The notes under the pieces are model-generated. The model did not search any database. It worked only from the letters and a program-made list of their open reading frames with translations, and was not told where the DNA came from. Of a stretch of 64,000 nt of DNA, positions 53,985-64,000 are shown piece by piece. The DNA comes from Octopus sinensis (Eukaryota), in the NCBI RefSeq assembly GCF_006345805.1, contig NC_043012.1, forward strand, positions 14,384,001 to 14,448,000, given 5' to 3'. The position numbers and the translations under genes were made by a program. How positions within the stretch are numbered: position 1 is the stretch's first letter; every line of letters begins with the position of its first letter.

Positions 53985-54216
53985 TTCATTTTATTCTTTT
54001 ACTTGCTTCAGTCATGCGACTACGGTCATGCTGGGGCACCACCTTGAAGAATGTTTAACCGAATAAATAGACCCCTGTACATAACTTGTTTGCTTAGTTT
54101 AGTACTTATGCTACCTTTCTCATTTGCCGAACCGCTAAGTTACGGGGACAGAAACACACCAACAAGTGGTGGTGGGGACGAACAAAGACTCTCACGCACA
54201 CACACGCACAGACACG

Positions 54217-54220
<4 letters not shown>
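53985..54220 (-). mobile_element. SINE tail fragment
   Basis: Same family as 42299-42720. Confidence 0.65.
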
Positions 54221-54266
<46 letters not shown>

Positions 54267-54284
54267 AGAGGAAAATTATAATAA

Positions 54285-54460
54285 GCAGAATGCTAAATTG
54301 AAAGTAAATTTTAATAAAAATGGGTGTATGGAAGATTAAAAAAATAGTAAATCAAACCGTTTTCATCGCAAAGCAAATTTTCAAGATTTGAAAGGGGAAA
54401 ATAATTTTTTTTTTAATTGAGGAAGGGAACAAAAGAAATTTACAATGTTTCTTTCAAAAA
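54285..54460 (-). repeat. Decayed fragment related to the PLE 3' tail at 11765-11950
   Basis: GCAGAATGCTAAATTGAAAGTAAATTTTAATAAAAATG versus GCAGAATGCTCAAATGAAAGAAAATTTTAATAAAATG, plus a shared GAAAGGGGAAAA block. Confidence 0.55.
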
Positions 54461-54607
54461 AAAAAAAAATAATAATAATAATAATAATAATAATATTTAT
54501 AACGGCGGTGCATCAGCATGGCCGAAGCTCTGAGCTGAAACTAGAGAGAAATATATATATATAACAAATAAAAGTCAAAAGATGGAATATACGAGAATAT
54601 ATTATTA

Positions 54608-54678
54608 ATTACAACAATTGTTTCGACACATCTAGCATCGGCTCCTCTTATGGGTGCAGACGTATCTCGTCGGGTGAT
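54608..54678 (-). ncRNA. Slightly decayed type I hammerhead motif
   Basis: ATCAC-CCGACGA-GATACGTCTGCA...TGCTAGATGTGTC-GAAA-CAATTG-TT-GTAAT: long stem II, ACAATTGT palindrome, one core change (U4 to C), one stem I mismatch. Confidence 0.6.
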
Positions 54679-55070
54679 AAATAAATAAATAAATAAAACT
54701 CGTTAAAATGACTGTTCCGTAATTCAACTTACCGTTTTTGTAGAGAGAAAGACAGCCAGGCGGAGGAAAATTCTTCATATCTATAGAAGATCCAAAAATA
54801 AAATTGCAGAAGACAAAAAAGGAAACGAACACTTAATCCAATGAGAAAAGTATTGAAAATAACTGTTAACAGATATGTATGTATAAACGTCCTCGGGCAA
54901 GCTGCATGACACGAGTGCACAGGCACACTCATGATTACAAAGCGAGCTAGATATTTATTCTCGCATATTCCATCTTCTGTCTTTCATTTGTTATTTACCA
55001 AACGATCACTCTGAAAATGAACGTGGTTTACCAGTAAGCTACCAGGTGTAAAGCATTCGTTTTATTATCG

Positions 55071-55159
<89 letters not shown>

Positions 55160-55163
<4 letters not shown>

Positions 55164-55513
55164 CTTCTTTCAGTCTCCTACCAAGTTCACTCACAAGGTT
55201 TTGGTCGGCCCGAGGTGATAGTAGAGAGCACTTGGCCAGAGTACCATGCAGTGAGACTGCACTCGGAACCATATGGTTGAAAAGCAAGCTTCTTACCACA
55301 CATATTCTTATTATTATATAACCCAGTACTTTTGAGGGAGGGGCTAAGACAATTACATCAATCCCAGTGCTCAACTGGTACTTATTTTATCGGCCCCGAA
55401 AGGATGACATGCAAACTCGACCTCGAAGGAATTTGAGCTCACAAAGTAAAGACGGACGAAATGTCGCTAAGTAGTTTGTCCGGTGTGCTAAAGATTCTGC
55501 CAGTGTGCCGCCT
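55160..55513 (-). mobile_element. Two adjacent SINE fragments from two families
   Basis: ~55160-55300 matches the family of 42299-42720; ~55310-55513 matches the family of 24761. Confidence 0.7.
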
Positions 55514-55522
55514 CAATAATAA

Positions 55523-55885
55523 CTAACCGGACCCGTGAATATTTCACGGAATTAATGGTAAACCTACCGGGTTATTTCTGAAAACTTTATCCAAATATCT
55601 GAAAGCGCAGCCTGTGTTGTGTTTGTATACAAAGATAGTCGCTCATCCGCTACTCATTGAAAATGGAAAGAAATTGGAATACGATGATTACTTAATGCAC
55701 TTTATATATACACTTTATATATTTTATGCACAATTATATAGACTTAATACACAGGACTCATAAAATAAATATTCACTCCTCTTTTTCCATTTTCCACCTA
55801 AATATAAAAATATCCTGTACATATGATACAACCTTTAGTTAAATTCCATATATCTGCCACATAAATAAGCGTGAATATTTCACGG
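55523..55885 (-). mobile_element. Possible Helitron-like 3' end(s)
   Basis: Hairpin CCGTGAATATTTCACGG at 55533-55549 (core repeated at ~55870-55885) next to A|CTAA, i.e. TTAG|T on the minus strand. No clear 5' TC end. Confidence 0.35.
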
Positions 55886-57684
55886 AATTGCACTTCTGTG
55901 CATGCGTTAAGTGATAGGTGATATAAAAAAAACATAGTTCAGTCAAAATAAAATATACTTTTCACTATCCAGTCACCACCAGCAGCGCCTCTACCACCAC
56001 CATCTCTATCTCCACCAGCACCACCACCACCATCATCATATCTTTCTATCCTCTCTCTTCTCTCTCTCTCCCCTAGTATTTCTCTCTCTTCTCTCTCTCT
56101 CTCTGCCTTTTTTAACCTCACCATCAGAACATCACCTCTCTGGTAAAATTATATTTTTAACTCCCCTCCTCTACTTTTAACTAACTTTCTTGTCACGTAA
56201 TAAATATTACGTTCCCCCTACCTCAAGTTACGGACGCTCCTCTCTCTCCTTTTTTCTTTCGTCCTCTTTCTGTCTCACTCTTCGCTTATCCTCTTTTTCT
56301 ATCTCCTTTTTTCTTTCTCCTCTTTTACCCTTCAACTAATCACGTGGAAACGTTACAATTTACATTATTTCTACCCCACGTTATGGCTGCTTCTCTCTTC
56401 CTCTTTTTCTCTCTTCCTCTTTTTCTCTCTCCCTCGTTTTTCTCTCTCATTCTTTTTCTCAAATCACGTGAAAGAGTTACCAACGGACTAAGTCACGCAA
56501 TGACAAGCGGAATTAATATACGATAATGATAATAATAAGAATAGCTTCAAATTTAGCTGGTATTTGGACGCACACACCCCGAACGAAATACTACTAAGCA
56601 TTTTCTTCGGCGTGCTAACGATTTTGCCGGCTTGCTGCCTTATGAATTATTATTATTATATTATTATTATTATTACGAAGAAGAAGAAGAAGAAGAAGAA
56701 GAAGACCCCATGCTGTGATATGCATTTGTATTCGAACTCAGACGATGTAGAGAGAATTATACAACGTGACACAAATCAGATAAAGAATTCGTGTTCATTA
56801 TTGGAAGACAGCATGAAAATTTAAGTTCCGACTTATGGATTATAAAATGGCATTAGAAAGAAATGTTAAAAAGAATGTTGTAGATTTTCTATAAAATGGA
56901 TTTTGAAGCAATTAATAGTTGGTGTGCTTGTTCTTGCATTTTATTTTTTTTTTTTTTGCTTGTATTTTAGTTTGGTGGGGGTATTTTTTTTTTTTTTTGT
57001 TTTTTCTTTCTTTCGAAAAGTAGGCAAAACAACTCATTAAAACTTTTTTGCAATCGTTTCAGGCGACGGACAAAGACGGAGATGAGGATCTTTATCTAAC
57101 TTACACTATTATTGGTGGGAATGAAGATAACACATTTCGCATCTCTAAAAGGTAAACCAAAATAGTTTATTCTTAAATTATAACAATCAAGACTGCACGT
57201 GCTTAAAAAAAGACCTAAAAGCATTTCTTATTCGAGTAATCTTATAAAAGAGATCCCAAAGAAACCAACCTACCATTAATTGTAACAAACTTCATTCCAT
57301 CGACCAATAAGTGCAGAATGACCTACTGCATCCCACCCAAATATTGGAAAAAGTCAGCAAACATCAGACCCTAGCATACTGAAACTCATGCAAATCTCAT
57401 GCATTTTAATTAAAATTATTTTTTCTAATTACTTGTATATTAGAAACGAAAGACTGTATATGTATTTATTTTGCAAGGTTCTTGTTATGAAATCCCGTGT
57501 TGAAACAGATATTGTTATATAAGAGGATGTTTTCTTTTCTTTTCCTGCCAATTAACCACACGCACTATATATTTGGTCTTCCCTTCAGCCGTACTATTTT
57601 CTCATATTTTAGCGCCCTTTGTCTGCAGATTACATACATACGTACCTACATACATACATACATACATACATACTTACATACCCA

Positions 57685-57751
<67 letters not shown>

Positions 57752-57873
57752 ATATATATATATATATAAAAGCCGCACTATTTATGGGATGACCCAATAC
57801 TTTCATAGATGATGTCATCTCTAAAATGGTGGACGGACTAATGCTGGAATGCAAACGAGCATATGACTTCTGA

Positions 57874-58088
57874 GGCGGCGAGCTGGCAGAAACGTTAGCA
57901 CGCCGGGCGAAATGCGTAGCCATATTTCGTCTGTCTTTACGTTCTGAGTTCAAATTCCGCCGAGGTAGGCTTTGCATTTCATCCTTTCGGGGTCGATAAA
58001 TTAAGTATCAGTTGCGTACTGGGGACGATCTAATCGACTGGCTCTCTCCCCAAAACTTTCGGGCCTTGTGACTAGAGTAGAAAAGAAT
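57874..58088 (+). mobile_element. tRNA-derived SINE
   Basis: GGCGGCGAGCTGGCAGAAACG head, GAGTTCAAATTCC B box, TTTCATCCTTTCGGGGTCGATAAA domain. Confidence 0.82.
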
Positions 58089-59814
58089 AGAAAATAATAC
58101 AATTTATGACTTCGTATGTATGACAGAAACTGCTAAAAGGGAACCAAGATTTGTGGAATAATTAGATTTGTTCCAGCAGGCCTTGTGCATAAACTAAAAC
58201 TATTATTGCTGCTGAAGCTGAGTTACGCTAATCTGCTTGCTAAGTTGTTAAATAAATCTAAACGGTATGCAAGAAAGTAAAACCCACACAATGATAGGAA
58301 AGTAAATATTTTTGAATATATATTCAAAGTAACGAATTTCTCTGAGAAGGTATTGTCGAGTTTATCAACTTCATTAATTCTCTGGTCATCAATTCATCGA
58401 CTCTCGAAGACTGGAAGATTAAAGTCTACCGCAGCAAAATTTTAATTCAGAATGTCGAAGACGAATCTGATTATTCCGTGGCATTTCAGCAAACGTTCAA
58501 CTGATTCCACATTATTATTCACCAGCTTGGCTTTTAACAGAGCTTTTGTCATGTATCAAATTGAATAGTTCTATTTCTATTGTCTACTTACCTATATATT
58601 TTTGTTGTCTTACGATTAGTATTTTCCAATAGTTTCTTGTTACATTATCTCTTTGCGTATCTGTAAATACATTTTTTTAGGCCAGCTTTCAACTGATATA
58701 TTCTAAAGCAAGCAATTTTTTTTTTTTTTTGTTATTTATTCCTGGTCTTTCTAATTCATTTAGAGTTCGGTTTACAATATTATAACTTCAACTTGTCACA
58801 AGGGTATCTAGATTATTGATGACAATTTATTATTTTTAGTTTGCATTTTACTTTGTTCCCAATATTAATCTGAAACCTCTGTAGAGCATCTCATTAACGA
58901 CGTGCTACCTGTTAGAATGGCCATTTAAAATTTCATCGACGTGAAATACGAAGGTTGCTTTGCAAGATCTGAGGCCCACGCGCTAAAAGAGAAGTAATCG
59001 AAACTGTTTGATGGTCTCGCAGTCAGAGGCGCAACCTTGCAACAAAGCTATAATTCGTTCTTCGAATAATTAGGAGCGGATGAGCTATATGATTCCATGC
59101 AAATGCATGAAGCCTATGTGCAGCTCTTTGATCGACTGCTCACATTTAAGTACGCTACCGTCGCAGAGTTTAGTGGTTATCTTGGCGGATGAGATGCGAT
59201 TTTGTGAATCTTTGAAATTGTTAGAGCGTTGCACATAATATATTTGTTTTGCAAGAGTTTTGATGTGAAATCGTGTGCTGAAGCAAAATAACACCAAATG
59301 TATAGTGCGTCTGTTTTTATTGGCTAAACTGGCAAAATGACCATTCTTAAATACAACAATAGTTGCACAAAATACTTTAAGGTATTTTAGCTGCGGCTCC
59401 TTATATACTGAATTCAAATCACTGCAATTTTGTTCTAGGATCGATAAAACAATGAGGCTCTCAACGGTAGCGGATAACAAATGCTCTTTCTTAAAATTTG
59501 TGTCTTTGTTCCCATGTCAGAAATTATCATTTGAATAATTTTACTCTGTACACTGACTACAACGGAGCAGTTTTATTTGCCTTTGATACTTGCTAAATCT
59601 TCTTTACCGTTTCATTCACAGTTATCTATGTAATATTTCTTGTGTAGGATGAGTAGTGTGATTTTTTTTTTGTATATTTTCTTCTTCAACTGTTTACAGG
59701 AAATTGTCCAAGATTTATTGTATAATTTTCGTACATAATAACTCATTAATCACAGCAATATTTATAAATTTTAGATTTGATGTTCACAAACGAAAGTGGC
59801 ATTAATTTATACAC

Positions 59815-60510
59815 TCTTTTACTTTATCTTTTATCTTTTACTCTTTTGCTTCTTTCAGTCATTTGACTGCGGCCATGCTGCAGCACCGACTTTAGTCGAA
59901 CAGATCGATCCCAGGACTTATTCTTTGTAAACCTAGTACCTATTCTACCGGTCTCTTTTGCTGAACTGCTAAATTACGGGGACATAATCACACCAATATT
60001 GGTTGTCAAGCGATGATGTGGGGACAAACACCGACACGCAGATATATATATATATACACACGACGGGCTTCTTTCAGTTTCCGTCTAACAAATCCACTCG
60101 CAAGGCATTGGTCAGCCCGAGCCTATAGTAGAATACACTTCTCCAATGTACCACGCAGTGGAGTGGGAGTGAACCCGGAGCCATGTGGTTGGGAAGCAAG
60201 CTTTGTTGAATTTATTGCACATATACCATATCTGTGGGCAACGAGATTTGAAATCTTTGCAATATACAAATATGAAAATCGTGATAATTAGTATCGTCAT
60301 CAACTCTGCTGTCAAAGGAACAGAAAAAACAATGCTCTGTGGTAAGAAGCTTGCTTCCCAACCACATGGTTCCGGGTTCAGTCCCAAGAGAGACCGATAG
60401 AATAAGAACTAGGCTTACAAAGAATAAGTCCTGGGGTCGTTTTGTTCGATTAATGCGGTGCTCCAGCATGGTCGCAGTGAAATGACTGCTACAAGTAAAA
60501 GAATAAAAGA
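59815..60510. mobile_element. Minus-strand SINE (~59815-60200) and internally deleted plus-strand SINE of the same family (~60338-60510)
   Basis: Family head and tail motifs as at 42299-42720. Confidence 0.75.
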
Positions 60511-60547
60511 ATAAATGAGTGAATTTTCAAATGAATACTCATAAACA

Positions 60548-60594
<47 letters not shown>

Positions 60595-60729
60595 GTAGCA
60601 AATCTAAATAATTGATAATAACAACAATAGTAATATTAGTGGTAGCAAATGATATTAGTATATATTCAGTAAAATTGGTGGTTAAATTGGGAGTTTTTAC
60701 TTCCACTTTCTAACAAGCCTGTGCTTCGT

Positions 60730-60761
60730 GTACCCTCTTATATATATATATATGTGTGTGT

Positions 60762-60795
<34 letters not shown>

Positions 60796-60879
60796 ATGTA
60801 CATGTATGTATATGTGTATGTATGTATGTATGTATGTATGTATGTATGTATATGTGTATGTATGTATATATATATGTAT

Positions 60880-60919
<40 letters not shown>

Positions 60920-60926
60920 GTGTATG

Positions 60927-60959
<33 letters not shown>

Positions 60960-61698
60960 ATGTGTATTATGTATATATTATATATATATATATATATGTA
61001 TATGTATATGTATGTGTGTGTGTATATGTATATATGTATATATATATGAGTGTACGCGAGTATGTCGATGTATATGTAGGTATGTAGAGTTATGTGTATG
61101 TGCATGTATGTGAGTGTAGATACAAATTGTAGATATACCTGTATATAGGTATATGTATGTGTGTGTATATATTATATATATATATATGTATATGCGAGTA
61201 TGTAGAGATATAAGTATGTGCATGTGTATATATATGTGTGTATATATATGTATAGGTATGTGTATGTGTATGTATGTGTATATATGTGTGTGTGTATGTA
61301 TGCATATATGTATGTATGTATGTATGTATATGTGTATGTATATATGTGTGTAAGTGTGTGCATATATGTATATGTAAGTGTGTGTGCGTGTATGAGTATG
61401 TATGTATGTTTGCACACATGTATATGTGTGTGTGTGTATATATGGATGCGCGCGTGTGTGTGTGTGTGTATGGGTACGCATGTACATGTGTATGTGCGTG
61501 TATGTGTATATGTGTATGTATGTATGTGTGTGCGTATATTTGTATATGTATGTATGTATATGTATGGATGTATGGATGTATGTATGTATGTATACGTATG
61601 TATGTGTATGTGTGTATATGTATGTATGTGTATGTGTGTATATATATGTGTGTATATATATTTGTGTATATATATATATATGTATATATGTGTGTATA

Positions 61699-61741
<43 letters not shown>

Positions 61742-62142
61742 TTGTATGTAGGTGTATATGTATGTGTGTATATATATATTTATTGGTGTATATGTATAGA
61801 CTAGCCTTCTAAGAATGTAGACATGAATCTGTAGGCACGCGTACGTATGTGTATATACGTGAATGTATGTAGATGTATGTATGTATGAATATAACGCGTG
61901 CGTGCGTGTATGTGTATGAGTGTACGAATGGGTACGTGCTAATGAGTGTGCGTGCGTGAATGAGTGCTTGTTTTCAAGTAGACAGATAAATGGACTTGCT
62001 GTCATAGCCAAGATCCTTGGGACCAGCGGTCAAAGATAACAAAAGTAATAAATGAAGATAATAAAATTAAAATTAGGGAATGGGTCTGTATTTGTATGTA
62101 TATATATGTGTGTATGTGTAGGTATGTATAGGTACACATATG

Positions 62143-62174
<32 letters not shown>

Positions 62175-62520
62175 TATATATATATATATATATATATGAT
62201 GTATATGTATGTGTATGTATATATATGTGTGTATGTGTATATATGTGTATATAGGGACTAGTGTGCTGTGTGTGCATGTGTGTATGTGTGTATGTATATA
62301 TATTTTTCTGTGTGTATATGTATGTTTGGTCGTGTGTGTATATATACATGTGTGTATACGTGTATGCATGTGAGTGAGTGTATGTATATATATATATGTG
62401 TATGTGTAGATATGTATATGTATGTGTATGTGTATATATATGTATATGTGTGTGTGTGTATGTATGTGTGTATGTATATATGTATGTATGTGTGTGTATA
62501 TATGTATACATATGTGTATA
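60730..62520. repeat. ~1.8-kb compound (TA)/(TG)/(TATG) microsatellite field
   Basis: Direct reading. Confidence 0.95.
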
Positions 62521-62524
62521 GGTA

Positions 62525-62874
62525 TAAGTGAGAATCTCCTTATTTACCTAAAACTCTATTCTTTTTTATATATATTTTTTTATTTTTTTATTTATTCTTT
62601 TATCTAATTTACCACTGACTCCTTGACCACTCCCCCAAGTATGATATTTTGCGCTATGCCTACCCCCAAAAAGTCCCCCACCACCACCCCCTTAAACCTG
62701 CCTAAATGTATAAATGCCAATACAATTCTTGTTAACTAGCTTCCTGAAGATTTCTCTTGAATGAAACAGTTCTAGTCCTGTAGAAGCTCCTTCTATATAA
62801 TAAATTAATTTTACTCTGCTATGTATTGAGTACCTTATTTACTGTGGTTAACCCCGAATCAACCCGGGACCTAC

Positions 62875-62875
<1 letters not shown>
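62525..62875 (+). mobile_element. Solo PLE-type pseudo-LTR-like repeat between microsatellites
   Basis: Unique ~350-bp block containing a hammerhead followed by AATAAA, flanked by (TA/TG)n. Confidence 0.55.
62738..62788 (+). ncRNA. Type I hammerhead ribozyme motif
   Basis: AGCTTC-CTGAAGA-TTTCTCTTGAAT-GAAA-CAG-TTCTAGTC-CTG-TA-GAAGCT: perfect 6-bp stem I, intact core, stem II with U.U closing pair, looped stem III, GUA site. Confidence 0.8.
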
Positions 62876-63260
<385 letters not shown>

Positions 63261-64000
63261 TAGATTGAGCGATGAAAAACAGACAACAGAATGACAAAGT
63301 CACAGACAAGGCAGCAAGAGAACGGTTATTTTTACTTCTATTTCAGTAGTTTAGTTTCTTTTAAGGATACATTTTCATTTATTGAGACTGATAGGGACAC
63401 ACTTCTTAGCCTCTATCCCCTATCGTTGTGAATTGGCATTTTTCAGAACAGAACGTGGTGGCCTTGTCACTCATCTCAGACTTTTCTTTGTATCTGGTTA
63501 CGGCAGCTGCTTTTGTTGACATTTGTTAAGTCTGTCATAGTTTCCAGCGACCGAAATCCGAGACTACGGCATGACCAAGCGTGACAACAAGACCGTGTGG
63601 TTAATTGTTTCTTCCCAATCTAAACATATTTGTCACTAACTTTATTAAACTATTATAGGCATCAGCGGTCTCTGTTCCGATTACAAATGCTTTGAGTCTT
63701 CTGCTTCTCACACAATTTATATTTCAGCTTTTTAAAACTTTACTACAGAGTGATTTTCTGCCATCATTTTACCACATCATTGTTCAAAGTCAGCTACGTT
63801 TTATGATTGTTCGCAATTTCTGTTTTACTTGTCTTTTCTTCACACATCTCTCTATTTCTTCCTTTATTCTTTCTTGTCTTGTCGCCATTCGAATTACTTT
63901 TCAATCGTTCCTCACTATTTCTTGTAGTTTTACAATAAATCATTTATAATAGATTTCTAATTGCCTGTATTTGTAGTAAATATAATCTGTACCGTTTCTG

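Overview
AT-rich, microsatellite-dense eukaryotic genomic DNA. The SINE families and repeat landscape suggest an octopod cephalopod (inference, no database search). The only host gene I can support is a multi-exon cadherin on the + strand: three exons (18897-19061, 21247-21494, 41514-41643) splice in phase into one peptide spanning successive cadherin repeats, and the rest of the window is probably its introns. Mobile elements: a decayed CR1-group LINE with a CCCH zinc-finger ORF1, a Penelope-like element (PLE; RT + GIY-YIG) preceded by a 1.9-kb inverted copy of itself, Dong/R4-type and RTE LINE fragments, a rearranged mariner, a non-autonomous Helitron, MITE-like foldbacks and many tRNA-derived SINEs. 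The most notable pattern is about ten type I hammerhead ribozyme motifs, found by hand-folding. Several occur as mirror pairs on the two arms of long inverted repeats and always point outward; others sit in solo repeats embedded in (TA)n tracts. A ~3-kb ultra-AT-rich tandem duplication (29113-32115) remains unexplained. Most ORF-track entries are microsatellite artefacts. Repeat boundaries were read by eye and are approximate.
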